Under the pieces are notes generated by a model that saw only the letters and a program-made list of their open reading frames with translations, was not told the origin of the DNA and did not search any database. Positions 32,406 through 42,365 of a stretch of 64,000 nt of DNA are shown here, in pieces. The stretch comes from an uncultured Bacteroidia bacterium (GTDB lineage: Bacteria; Bacteroidota; Bacteroidia; NS11-12g; UBA955). Within the stretch, counting starts at the first letter, position 1; each line of letters starts with the position of its first letter. Where the stretch lies: positions 829,467-893,466 of the forward strand of contig CALSPH010000001.1 of NCBI GenBank assembly GCA_943788195.1, in the 5' to 3' direction. The position numbers and the translations under genes are program-made.

Positions 32406-33349
32406 TTGAAAATAAATAATTTATATATCTGCCTTGGCTTGTTTCTGATCAATATTTCAGGCTTAACGGCTTATAATCTTGGTATCAATGTGAACCAGAA
32501 AAGTAAAGGCAATAGATCACGTCCTCATTTAATGATTGGATTAGGTTCATCCACTTTCTTGGGTGAATTAGGTGGGAAGCCTACTTTGGGAACGGATGAT
32601 CCATCAGATATCGATTTAAGCACGACTCGGTATGCCATTAGTGCTGGTTTATGGGTTCCTATGGGTAGAACTTTTGCTTTTAGAGGTTTGCTATCATATG
32701 CTCGACTAAGCGGGGATGACAAGTATACAATTAACCGAGAACGCAGAGGCAGAAATTTAAACTTTACAACGCCTTTATCAGAAGGAAGTTTAGCGTTAGA
32801 AATAAGCCCCGGCTCTAGTAAGCGATTTTATGTTTATGCTGGATCGGAATGGCTTTTTTCAATCCTTATACAAAGTTAAATGGGACCAAGCATTATTTGC
32901 AGCCATTGGGGACAGAAGGTCAGAATTATGACCAAAATAATCCGCCCTATGCACTGTCTGCAACAGTATATCCATTTGGTTTAGGTTATCGAATACCGGC
33001 GGGTCGTGGACAGCTTTCTTTTGAATTGGCCATGCGCAAATCAACCACGGATTATATTGATGATGTAAGCACAACATTTAGAGACCCTGCACTAATTCAG
33101 GCAAATGCTCCTGCTGGACAAGGTCAGACAGCTGTGGATTTGGCTGATCGAAGCATTTCAACTATTCCTGGTTTTAGCGACCCTGGTGCTATACGAGGTG
33201 ACCCAACGGATAACGACAATTATTTTTTTATTATGGTGTTTTATCACATTCCATTATCAGCCGGGGGCAACAATGGTAGCTTTGGTGGTGGAAGTAAAAA
33301 AAGAAAAGGTGGTTTATTAGGGAGCAAAAGAAAATGCGTTGAATTTTAA
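32406..33349 (+). CDS. DUF6089-like outer-membrane barrel protein (one frameshift near 32843)
   Basis: FLGELGG, RNLNF, LQPLGTEGQ, TDYIDDVS and RGDP..ND.Y. Adding one A at ggatcgga joins the two ORFs. Confidence 0.75.
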
Positions 33350-33360
33350 CCAACGCATTT
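33332..33360. terminator. Hairpin between convergent genes (probable bidirectional terminator)
   Basis: AAATGCGTTG-N9-CAACGCATTT, a perfect 10 bp stem. Confidence 0.6.
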
Positions 33361-33387
33361 CTATCAATTATTATGATTGTATCTTTT

Positions 33388-33765
33388 CTAGCCCAGCATA
33401 GCTTCATAGCTGGCTGCATCCATAAGTTCGTCTAATTGACTTGAGTCACTCATTTTTATCTTAACCATCCAGCCATTTCCATAAGGATCAGAATTTACCG
33501 TTTCAGGGTCAGTTTCTAGGCTTGAATTAAATTCAACAATCTCCCCACTAATCGGCATAAATAAATCTGAAACCGTTTTAACTGCTTCAATGGTGCCAAA
33601 AGTTGCTTCTTGGTCAAGGGTTTCCCCTTCTGTTTCGATTTCAACAAATACGATATCTCCTAATTCGCCTTGGGCAAAGTCTGTGATGCCTACTGTTGCT
33701 ACGTCACCTTCAACTTTAATCCATTCGTGGTCTTTGGTGTATTTTAAATCTTGTGGAATATTCAT
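33388..33765 (-). CDS. gcvH: Glycine cleavage system H protein
   Basis: YTKDHEW, GITDFAQ.ELGD, lipoyl-Lys motif EAVKT and DPYG.GW. Confidence 0.98.
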   Translation of the reverse strand: MNIPQDLKYTKDHEWIKVEGDVATVGITDFAQGELGDIVFVEIETEGETLDQEATFGTIEAVKTVSDLFMPISGEIVEFNSSLETDPETVNSDPYGNGWMVKIKMSDSSQLDELMDAASYEAMLG

Positions 33766-33801
33766 GTGTTCTTATTTTATGATACGAAATTACGTGTTTC
33801 T

Positions 33802-34647
33802 TTAGGAATAAATCAAATTTACCAAGGTAGAAACTTTAGCTTTTAGTTCTTTCCTGTGAACTATAAAGTCAACAAATCCATGCTCTTGCAAGAATTCGCT
33901 GCTTTGAAAGCCTTCGGGTAAATCTTTGCCAATCGTTTCCTTAATTACTCTTGGCCCTGCAAAACCAATTAATGCTTCTGGTTCAGCAATATTAAAATCA
34001 CCCAGCATTGCAAAACTTGCTGTAATACCACCCGTTGTTGGGTCGGTCATTAAGGATATGTAAGGAACGCCCTCTTTTGCTAACAGCGCAAGTTTGGCAG
34101 ACGTTTTGGCCATTTGCATAAGCGAAAATGCAGCTTCCATCATTCGGGCACCTCCTGATTTACTTATGATCATTAAAGGTTGCTTATTTTCTCGAGCGTA
34201 ATCAATGGCTCGACCAATTTTTTCACCAACCACTGAGCCCATGGAACCGCCAATGAATCCAAAGTCCATACATGCAACAGTCCATTCGCGTTTGTTTATT
34301 TTACCTGTAGAGGTCCTAACAGCATCTTTCAAGCCACTTTTTTTGGTGCTTTTAATAATGCGATCGGTATAAGCAACATTGTCCTTAAATTTTAGCGGGT
34401 CTGCTGAAACAAGATTAGGGTTCAATTCCACATACTTGCCTCGGTCAAAGAGAATATCAAAATAGCCTTCAGAGTCCAATCGATTGTGTTTGCCGCATTC
34501 AGGGCATACATGTAAATTGGCTACAAAATCTTTTTGAGGCGTTATGGCTTTGCATTTACCACACTTAAACCAAAGGCCATCCGGGGTAGGCTTTTTGTCT
34601 TGAGTTTTAGTTACTATATTATCTTTTACCCTTCTAAACCAACTCAT
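33802..34647 (-). CDS. accD: Acetyl-CoA carboxylase carboxyltransferase beta subunit
   Basis: C4 Zn finger, GGSMGSVVGEK, SGGARMME, PTTGG.TAS and GFAGPRVI. Confidence 0.97.
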   Translation of the reverse strand: MSWFRRVKDNIVTKTQDKKPTPDGLWFKCGKCKAITPQKDFVANLHVCPECGKHNRLDSEGYFDILFDRGKYVELNPNLVSADPLKFKDNVAYTDRIIKSTKKSGLKDAVRTSTGKINKREWTVACMDFGFIGGSMGSVVGEKIGRAIDYARENKQPLMIISKSGGARMMEAAFSLMQMAKTSAKLALLAKEGVPYISLMTDPTTGGITASFAMLGDFNIAEPEALIGFAGPRVIKETIGKDLPEGFQSSEFLQEHGFVDFIVHRKELKAKVSTLVNLIYS

Positions 34648-34689
34648 ATATACTCGTTACGCGAAATCAAAAGTAAATTAAAATTGTGG

Positions 34690-35742
34690 CTATGCCAAGT
34701 CAATTGAAGTATCCAAATAAACGTCTTGAATTGCATTCAATAATTCAATTCCTTCATTCATTGGTTTTTGAAAGGCTTTTCTTCCAGAAATAAGACCATG
34801 ACCTCCTGCGCGTTTGTTAATCACTGCAGTTGCCACAGCTTCAGCTAAATCACTAGCGCCTGAGCTAGCACCTCCACTGTTGATTAAACCTTGTCTTCCC
34901 ATGTAGCAATTAGCTACCTGGTAACGAGTCAAATCAATGGGATGATCTGTAGTTAAATCAGTGTAAACTTTTTTATGTGTCTTTCCAACATTGATGGCAT
35001 TATATCCGCCATTATTGGTAGGTAATTTTTGCTTGATAATATCAGCTTGAATGGTAACCCCTAAGTGATTTGCTTGTGCAGTTAAATCTGCAGCAGCATG
35101 ATAATCAACACCATCTTTTTTAAAGTCACTGTTTCTTAAGTAACACCATAATACGGTAGCCATTCCTAATTCGTGAGCTCTTTCAAAAGCTGCTGCAACC
35201 TCTTGAATTTGACGATTACTCTCAGAACTACCAAAATAAATAGTAGCACCAACAGCTCTTGCCCCTAAATTCCATGCTTCATCAACACTTCCAAACATAA
35301 TTTGGTCAAATGAATTGGGGTAACTTAAAAATTCATTGTGATTGATTTTAACAATGAAAGGGATTTTATGCGCATATTTTCTGCTGCATGCAGCCAAAAC
35401 ACCATACGTAGATGCAACCGCATTGCAACCCCCTTCAATAGCTAGCTTAACTATATTTTCAGGATCGAAATAATCTATATTCGGAGCAAAGCTTGCACCA
35501 CCACTGTGCTCTATTCCTTGATCAACCGGTAAAATAGATACGTAACCTGAGTCAGCAAGTCGTCCATTTCCGTAGAGATCTTTTAAGCTTCGTAGAACTT
35601 GTGGAGAGCGGTTCGTTTGAGCAAAGACCTCATTAATAAAATTGGGGCCTGCAGTATGAAGTTTGGATTTATCAATGGTAGCACATTTGTGCTCAAGTAA
35701 ATGGGCAGCTTCTGCGCCTAAAATTTCAGCTGTTTTTGACAT
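34690..35742 (-). CDS. fbaB: Class I fructose-bisphosphate aldolase
   Basis: [27 protein letters not shown] and [10 protein letters not shown]. Confidence 0.96.
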   Translation of the reverse strand: MSKTAEILGAEAAHLLEHKCATIDKSKLHTAGPNFINEVFAQTNRSPQVLRSLKDLYGNGRLADSGYVSILPVDQGIEHSGGASFAPNIDYFDPENIVKLAIEGGCNAVASTYGVLAACSRKYAHKIPFIVKINHNEFLSYPNSFDQIMFGSVDEAWNLGARAVGATIYFGSSESNRQIQEVAAAFERAHELGMATVLWCYLRNSDFKKDGVDYHAAADLTAQANHLGVTIQADIIKQKLPTNNGGYNAINVGKTHKKVYTDLTTDHPIDLTRYQVANCYMGRQGLINSGGASSGASDLAEAVATAVINKRAGGHGLISGRKAFQKPMNEGIELLNAIQDVYLDTSIDLA

Positions 35743-35804
35743 AATTTTTCTTCTAAAAAACGGCTGCAAAAATAGGTAGAATACGGCTAAAAAGCAAAGA
35801 AAGA

Positions 35805-36161
35805 TTAGGCCCTTTTAACGATCAGTTTTTTGGTGGCCTTTAGTGTGCTTCCCTCATATATCTTAATAAGGTAGATTCCGCTTTGAACGTTAAGGTCCAA
35901 TAAGCGAATGATATGATTTTCAGTAAACTGAGATATAGTCGGACTTTTATGAACCACGGTGCCTAAAATATTGCTTATAACAATATGATAATTGGCTGTG
36001 GCCTGGTATTTAATATTCACCATGTTCACCGCTGGGTTAGGGTAGATGGTAAAATCATATTCTTGTTGAGCTTCCCAAAATGAATGGTTTGCTTGAACCT
36101 GCTGCGCAATTGTAGCCATCAGAATCATTATTAATCCAAAAGTTTTCATTATTCCGTTCAT
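35805..36161 (-). CDS. Small protein consisting of a signal peptide and a T9SS type A sorting domain
   Basis: Signal peptide ending VQA, then IYPNPA...ISNILG...SGIYLIKI...KKLIVK. Confidence 0.85.
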   Translation of the reverse strand: MNGIMKTFGLIMILMATIAQQVQANHSFWEAQQEYDFTIYPNPAVNMVNIKYQATANYHIVISNILGTVVHKSPTISQFTENHIIRLLDLNVQSGIYLIKIYEGSTLKATKKLIVKRA

Positions 36162-36188
36162 AGTCCTTCCCTCCTTAAGTTAATTACG

Positions 36189-36204
36189 GCAAAATGCGTA
36201 CCAA
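36189..36204 (-). promoter_or_regulatory. Sigma-54 (-24/-12) promoter
   Basis: TTGGTACGCATTTTGC is GG-N10-GC and closely matches TGGCACG-N4-TTGC. Confidence 0.7.
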
Positions 36205-36283
36205 AACACGATAATTAAGTACTTTATTTTCTATTTTACCGATTGATTACCAAACTAGCTAAAAGAGTTTTAATTTTGTTTGC

Positions 36284-36721
36284 ATGCAAATCGCCATAGA
36301 AAAAGTGAATCCAACCAAGAAAGATTTTAATATCCTGCGAGCAATTCGTCAGGAAGTGTTTGTAGTGGAGCAAGAAGTGGATCCAAAAGAAGAATTTGAT
36401 GCTTTTGAAGAAGTATCAACTCATTTTTTGGTTCGTATGAACGATGAACCAGCCGCCACTTGTAGGTATCGAAAAACGGATAACGGAACCAAACTAGAAC
36501 GCTTTGCCGTGTTGAAGCAATTTAGAAGGAAAGGGGCTGGAAGCATTATGGTCCAGGCTTGTTTAGCTGAGTTGGATAAATCACAGAAAATTTATCTGCA
36601 TGCGCAAGTTGATGCCATACCGTTGTATTCTGCGAATGGGTTTGAGGCCTATGGAGATTTGTTTTACGAGTGTGATATACCGCATTATGCCATGCATTGG
36701 ACAGGTAAACAGAAAGGATAA
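36284..36721 (+). CDS. GNAT acetyltransferase (ElaA/YjcF-like)
   Basis: IRQEVFVVEQ, ERFAVL..FR.KG.G, LHAQ..A..LY and IPH. Confidence 0.92.
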   Translation: MQIAIEKVNPTKKDFNILRAIRQEVFVVEQEVDPKEEFDAFEEVSTHFLVRMNDEPAATCRYRKTDNGTKLERFAVLKQFRRKGAGSIMVQACLAELDKSQKIYLHAQVDAIPLYSANGFEAYGDLFYECDIPHYAMHWTGKQKG

Positions 36722-36768
36722 ACCTAAAATGAAAAAAAATACCTTGCTTTGCTCTATAATTTAGCTTT

Positions 36769-37935
36769 ATGTACGCAACACTTTTTGATCTAATAAAAAA
36801 CACCATTGGAATTGAAATAAAACCACTGGCCATTGTAAATACATTTGGTTTGTTGGTGGCCATATCCTTTTTCGCTGCATACTATGTAATGAGTCTAGAA
36901 CTAAAGCGTTTAGAAAAGGAAGGGAAAATAAAGGCGAAACGGGTTAATAAACGATATGAGGCAGTAATCAATCCAATGGAATTCATTTTTAACGGAATTT
37001 TGGGTTTTGTCTTTGGTTGGAAGATTGTTTATATGCTAACCAATTTTGATTTGGTACGTCAAAATTCGCAAGAAGTGATATTCTCAACCCAAGGAAGTAT
37101 TATGTGGGGTTTTATCGTTGCCGCTGTTTTTGTTGGGCAAAAGTATATGGAATACAGAGCCCAAAAGAAGCTCTATCCTGAACCGGTTGAAAAGGAGATC
37201 ACCGAACACCCTTTTCAGATTATGGGTCAAATAACCATTGTTGCCTTTATAGCAGGCATATTGGGTGCAAAGGTGTTTCATATTTTAGAAGATTGGAGCA
37301 ACTTTATACAGGATCCCATTGATGCAATATTTTCATTAAGCGGCTTAACGTACTACGGTGGTTTGATTTGCGGTGGCTTGGGTGTGGTGTATTATGCGAA
37401 TAAAAATGGTATAAAACCATTGCACATCTTAGATGCAGGAGCTACCACTATGATGCTTGCCTATGGTTTAGGAAGATTGGGTTGTCATTTGGCAGGAGAT
37501 GGTGATTGGGGTATTGATAATTTGGCAGCTAAACCGGGTTGGATTCCACAGTTCTTGTGGTCTTCTAAATATCCCAATAATGTATTGAATGCAGATCCTG
37601 GGAATGTGATTGAAGGATGCGTTGGGCCCTATTGTAATGAGTTGATTAACCCTGTTTATCCAACACCACTCTATGAAGTGATGATGTGTTTAGTGCTTTT
37701 TGCCATTTTATGGTCTATTCGTAAACGCATAAAAATACCAGGGATGTTATTTGGGGTTTATTTGGTAATGAATGGTGTAGAGCGATTCTTAATTGAAAAA
37801 ATTAGGGTGAATAGCCTGTATAAAGTGTTTGGGGTAGAATTCACTCAAGCAGAAATGATTAGCAGCATCATTGTACTTTTGGGTATTGCCTTGATTCTTT
37901 ATAGTAGGAAAGTATATAAGCCCGCACTTGTATAG
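36769..37935 (+). CDS. lgt: Prolipoprotein diacylglyceryl transferase (long Bacteroidota form)
   Basis: GAKVFHIL, GLTYYGG, GRLGC, PTPLYE and RFLIEKIR. Confidence 0.9.
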   Translation: MYATLFDLIKNTIGIEIKPLAIVNTFGLLVAISFFAAYYVMSLELKRLEKEGKIKAKRVNKRYEAVINPMEFIFNGILGFVFGWKIVYMLTNFDLVRQNSQEVIFSTQGSIMWGFIVAAVFVGQKYMEYRAQKKLYPEPVEKEITEHPFQIMGQITIVAFIAGILGAKVFHILEDWSNFIQDPIDAIFSLSGLTYYGGLICGGLGVVYYANKNGIKPLHILDAGATTMMLAYGLGRLGCHLAGDGDWGIDNLAAKPGWIPQFLWSSKYPNNVLNADPGNVIEGCVGPYCNELINPVYPTPLYEVMMCLVLFAILWSIRKRIKIPGMLFGVYLVMNGVERFLIEKIRVNSLYKVFGVEFTQAEMISSIIVLLGIALILYSRKVYKPALV

Positions 37936-38006
37936 TTATAGTAAGGAGAGTGTTCTGCTCACTCTATAGCAGTTCTCAAGTGGGAATATTAAATTGCAAT
38001 TGATAA

Positions 38007-38756
38007 ATGCTTCAAGACATAGCCATATCTATTCAAGAATACTTCAAACAAAATTTAACGTTTGAAACTTTTAGCCTAGAACATATTGTTACTCTTATTG
38101 TATGCTTGATACTGATCATTTTTATTCCACGTTATGCGAATCGTAAGCTGAATGAAATTCAACAAAAAAAATTGGGTGCCTTTTTAGGCTGGCTCATTGC
38201 GGGCACCTACATTTTTAGTCTTTTATTAATGCTAGCATCAGGCAACTTTAATGTAAAGACTGACCTGCCTTTACAGCTTTGCAGGTTTACCAATCTTGCT
38301 ATAGTATTGGTAATGGTTTGGCGCAAGTATTTTTGGTTTGAGATTATCTTTTTTTGGGCATTTGCTGGCATGTTGCAGGCCTCATTTACACCTGAATTAG
38401 ACCACAGTTTTCCGCACTGGTTTTTTATTCGGTACTGGTTAGGCCATCCTGGAATTATATTGTGTATGGTATATGCGGTAGTGGTTTTTAAATTTATACC
38501 AACCCTTAAAAGCATAGGAAAATCCTTTGTGGCTGTCAATGTATTTATGTTATTGATAGTTGGATTTAATTACTTGTTAGATGCCAATTATTTATGGTTG
38601 AGGCACAAACCTGTTTTTCCAACATTGATGGATTTTTGTGGCCCATGGCCCTATTATATAATTATTTTAGAGTTGTTGGCTTTGTTTCATTTTATACTAG
38701 CGTATTTGCCATTTGCAATATCAAATCGCATGAAACGCATAAAAAACGGGCGTTAA
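38007..38756 (+). CDS. YwaF/TIGR02206 family integral membrane protein
   Basis: FSLEH, LPLQLC, TPEL, ANY.WL..KP and GPWPYY. Confidence 0.88.
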   Translation: MLQDIAISIQEYFKQNLTFETFSLEHIVTLIVCLILIIFIPRYANRKLNEIQQKKLGAFLGWLIAGTYIFSLLLMLASGNFNVKTDLPLQLCRFTNLAIVLVMVWRKYFWFEIIFFWAFAGMLQASFTPELDHSFPHWFFIRYWLGHPGIILCMVYAVVVFKFIPTLKSIGKSFVAVNVFMLLIVGFNYLLDANYLWLRHKPVFPTLMDFCGPWPYYIIILELLALFHFILAYLPFAISNRMKRIKNGR

Positions 38757-39970
38757 TTTTTTTTCTTAGCAAGCAGTTCTTCAATTTTCAATTCGAGCGC
38801 TGGGCCATGCAAGTTCTTTCCAGCAATATTACCATCCTGGTCAATTAAGAACGTAGCCGGGATGCCATGTACACTATATTTCTTCGCTGCTGCATTACTC
38901 CAATATTTTAAATCACTCACCTGTTTCCATATAAGTTTTTGAGCGATAATAGTATTGGCCCATTTAGAACTATCGCGATCTAAGGATACACCATAAATTT
39001 CAAATCCTTTGTCCTTGTATTTTGCATACGTATTTTTCAATCTGGGCATAGAAATCATACATGGTCTGCACCATGAGGCCCAAAAGTCAATTAGAACCAC
39101 TTTACCTTTTAAAGAGGAAAGTTTAAGTACTTTTCCCTGAGGTGTTTTTTGGCTTATTTCAGGAGCAGGAGAGCCTATTGCAGTTGTTTTTTCTGTTTCG
39201 CTCCAGCTTTTAAGAATCTGTGTATACGCCATTTGTTCATCGTACTTTTTGCATTTTAAATATGCTTGGTTTATGGTTTTATAATCCGGCTCCTGAAGTA
39301 AAAATTTGAGCACAAAATATGGAGCGGCAGAGGGCTCTGCTGCATTCATTTCAGCAATAATCGCTTTTTGACGCTCACCTTCCATTGCAGCCATACTGAG
39401 GCGTGCGTTATTCAATTGTTCTTTGGTGGTTACATTCTTGTCATAACCCATTACTTGACGCTGCAATGTGTTCAGTTTGTACAGGTAGCCACTATTTAAT
39501 TCCGTTAGTTTTTTGATCTGTTGGGCAGATTCTATATGTGTGCCTTCCAGTAAATAAGATACACCCCCTTGAACGGTTTTAATTCTAAGCTTCATTTTAC
39601 TTTGATTGTTTAAAGCAGTAGGGAAACCTAAACGTTCGCCAAATTGGATGTAACAGATCTGTTCATTCCCCAAGACTTTTTGCATCCGGAAGTATCCTGC
39701 GGAATCCGTTCTAGCAGAATCAATGAAGGTTAAATTTTCTGGAGTGTATTCAAATACAACAATCAAGTTGTTGGGGCGATTTACTAAGGTGCCTTCAACT
39801 ACAAAACCATTCTCTCCAAGGTCTGGTTTAATGTCATCAGCTACGTATTCACCGCCATTAAAAATCTTAGCATACATCCTTTGATAGCTTTCTTGCGTAG
39901 TTGTATGTGCGCAGGAAATAAATAGAATGGGTATCAACCATAGCAATTTCTTTTGTATTAACTTTTTCAT
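38753..39970 (-). CDS. TlpA-family thiol:disulfide oxidoreductase lipoprotein
   Basis: Lipobox FISC and a C-terminal thioredoxin fold (LIDFWASWCRPC, IPATFLID). Confidence 0.92.
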   Translation of the reverse strand: MKKLIQKKLLWLIPILFISCAHTTTQESYQRMYAKIFNGGEYVADDIKPDLGENGFVVEGTLVNRPNNLIVVFEYTPENLTFIDSARTDSAGYFRMQKVLGNEQICYIQFGERLGFPTALNNQSKMKLRIKTVQGGVSYLLEGTHIESAQQIKKLTELNSGYLYKLNTLQRQVMGYDKNVTTKEQLNNARLSMAAMEGERQKAIIAEMNAAEPSAAPYFVLKFLLQEPDYKTINQAYLKCKKYDEQMAYTQILKSWSETEKTTAIGSPAPEISQKTPQGKVLKLSSLKGKVVLIDFWASWCRPCMISMPRLKNTYAKYKDKGFEIYGVSLDRDSSKWANTIIAQKLIWKQVSDLKYWSNAAAKKYSVHGIPATFLIDQDGNIAGKNLHGPALELKIEELLAKKKN

Positions 39971-41413
39971 TTAATCTAGTCTCTTTCTTATTTCTTCATT
40001 AACCACTTTCGGATCGGCTTTTCCTTGCGAACCCCGCATAACCTCACCCACAAAAAGGCCCAATAAATTGGTCTTACCATTTTTATAAGCCTCAACCTTA
40101 TCAGGGAACTTATTGAATGCAGCTTCAATGAGACCTCCAATAAAGTCGGTGTCTGATGTCTGTATTACATTCAATTCTTGTGCCAAGCTCAATACATCCT
40201 TGTTTGGGTTTTTAGCTAATGCAGGAAAGACGTTTTGAGCTGCAGAAGAGTTGCTTAGTTTTCCATCATCTATAAGTAAAATTAATTCAGCAATTGCTTT
40301 TGGACTAATTTCGAATCGTTCAATGGGTATTGCATTTTCATTCAAATAGGATTTAATGGATCCCATAACCCAGTTGGCTGCCGCCTTGTAGTTGTTGGTA
40401 TGTTCTGCAATTCGCAAGAAATATTCGGCAATTTGTTTATCCTCCGAAATTACTTCCACATCATATTCGGGAAGCTTCATTTCTTCTCTCAATTTTTTAC
40501 TTACTGCTTTCGGAAGCATTGGCATTTTGGATTGGATTTCATTTTTCCAATCATCAGAAATGATTAAAGGAGGTAAATCCGGTTCAGGGAAATAGCGATA
40601 GTCGTTGGCCATTTCTTTCGCACGCATACTAAAGGTAGAGCCATCCAATGGGTTAAATCCTCGCGTTTCACTGATAAATGTTTCTCCTTGGTCCAATAAG
40701 TCTGCCTGACGCTTAATCTCAAATTGGATCGCGCGTTTAACATTGCTCATGGAGTTCATGTTCTTAACCTCTACTTTGGTTCCAAATACCTCTGTGCCTT
40801 TTTTCATTATTGAAATATTGGCATCACATCGTAAACTGCCTTCTTCCATGTTGCCATCACAAATGCCTAAATACCGCACTAATTTTCTCACTTCAGTGAT
40901 GAATTGATAGGCTTCATCTCCACTTCGTATTTCGGGTTCAGTAACGATTTCTATCAAAGGCGTGCCAGCACGATTATAGTCTACCAAGGTATCATAGATA
41001 TCTTGGTCGTGCATGCTTTTACCCGAATCTTCCTCCATGTGAATTCTCGTAAGACTAATTCGTTTTTTTACACCATCGGTGATAATGTCAACCGCACCAT
41101 TGGTGCAAATTGGGGTTTTGTCTTGGGTAATCTGATATCCTTTCGGCAAATCAGCGTAGAAGTAATTCTTGCGCGCATATTGATTGTGCTCTCGGATATC
41201 ACAATCCAAGGCTAATCCCATCATAACCGCATATTCTACAGCAGATTTATTGTGTTTGGGCAAAGTGCCAGGATGCCCCAAACTAATTGGACTTACCTGG
41301 GTATTTGGCATCATGCCATATTCTGTAGCATCTGGACAAAACGCTTTGGATTTCGTTTGGAGTTGAGCGTGAATCTCTAAACCGATGACTGCTTGATAAT
41401 CTTCTACTGGCAT
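39971..41413 (-). CDS. gatB: Asp/Glu-tRNA amidotransferase subunit B
   Basis: IGLEIHAQL, RKNYFYADLPKGYQI, CDGNMEEGSLRCDAN and YRYFPEPDL. Confidence 0.98.
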   Translation of the reverse strand: MPVEDYQAVIGLEIHAQLQTKSKAFCPDATEYGMMPNTQVSPISLGHPGTLPKHNKSAVEYAVMMGLALDCDIREHNQYARKNYFYADLPKGYQITQDKTPICTNGAVDIITDGVKKRISLTRIHMEEDSGKSMHDQDIYDTLVDYNRAGTPLIEIVTEPEIRSGDEAYQFITEVRKLVRYLGICDGNMEEGSLRCDANISIMKKGTEVFGTKVEVKNMNSMSNVKRAIQFEIKRQADLLDQGETFISETRGFNPLDGSTFSMRAKEMANDYRYFPEPDLPPLIISDDWKNEIQSKMPMLPKAVSKKLREEMKLPEYDVEVISEDKQIAEYFLRIAEHTNNYKAAANWVMGSIKSYLNENAIPIERFEISPKAIAELILLIDDGKLSNSSAAQNVFPALAKNPNKDVLSLAQELNVIQTSDTDFIGGLIEAAFNKFPDKVEAYKNGKTNLLGLFVGEVMRGSQGKADPKVVNEEIRKRLD

Positions 41414-41651
41414 TTTTAAGGTTCGCAAATTTACGATATATCCGATAGAAATGCGCATTTCCCCACATTAGAAATCAGATTTTGATTTGCTTAAATTATC
41501 TAATGTTTTCTTGATTAGCGCTAGCTACAGAAGAATCTCATGAAATATCACTGACAATTATTGGCTTCACTACCCTGCAATGAAATGGATATTATATCTT
41601 GGCATTATTACTTTTGAGTACAATAAATGTATATATTAGTGCCTTATTGCT

Positions 41652-42365
41652 ATGAACCATAAAATTTTCCATGTTAACCGACCATTCTTGTTTTTAACAC
41701 AAAAACCAAGGTGGAGTCTCCTACTCAGTGGTTTACTATTTCTGGGAATTTCATTTTCCGGAATTGCTTCCACCCTCAATCCTGCTTTAAATATCAATAC
41801 AAGTGGTTTTCAAGTAAATGTAGGTCAATTTTTAGACCAGCAAAACCAACGAAACAACAAAGTGCTCTATGGCTTATCCATTTCAGGGATGAACATTGGT
41901 CTAACCAAAAATGGCTTCAGATATACCACTTATACCTTAAGTGAAATTCCTAAAAAACAGACATCAAGCCCTGTCCTAAATAGAACGCCCAACCTAAATC
42001 CCAAAATGAATGTGCACCGCATTGATGTGGTGTTTGAAGACTACAACAAAAATTGTAAGGTGATTTCTTCAGGCGCATTGGGAAAACCAGTACGATTTAT
42101 AAAGGGAGGCATCAATGCCTTAGCAAATTCTTAACAGAAGATTACCTACCTTAATATCTATCCAAATATTGATCTAGAATTCATTGCCAGCAGTACTAAA
42201 AACAAACCTGTTGAATACAATTTCATTGTGCGTCCCGGTGGTCAATTATCGGATATCAAAATGCGTTATGCTGGAGCCAAGAGCGCCCGAATTATTGAAG
42301 GAAAACTGGTGTTGGAACTGGCGCATGGTTCATTGACAGAATCAATCCCAGCCAGTTGCTTTTAA
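41652..42365 (+). pseudogene. Truncated N-terminal domain of an SBBP-repeat-type secreted protein
   Basis: Signal peptide, GF..N.GQ and HRIDV.F. After an in-frame TAA (42132-42134) the frame continues QKITYLNIYPNID...EYNFIVRPGG..SDI...Y.GA...ESIPAS and ends with no propeller repeats. Confidence 0.7.

Noticed and set aside
36769-37260. Extra N-terminal membrane segment in Lgt
   Set aside because: As I recall, long Lgt forms are common in Bacteroidota, so this is not unusual.
16279-42365. TAA reassignment (alternative genetic code)
   Set aside because: TAA correctly ends many core genes here (dnaE, uvrC, metG, tyrS, gatB, alaS, dnaN, thyA). Internal TAAs occur only in accessory genes with other signs of decay.
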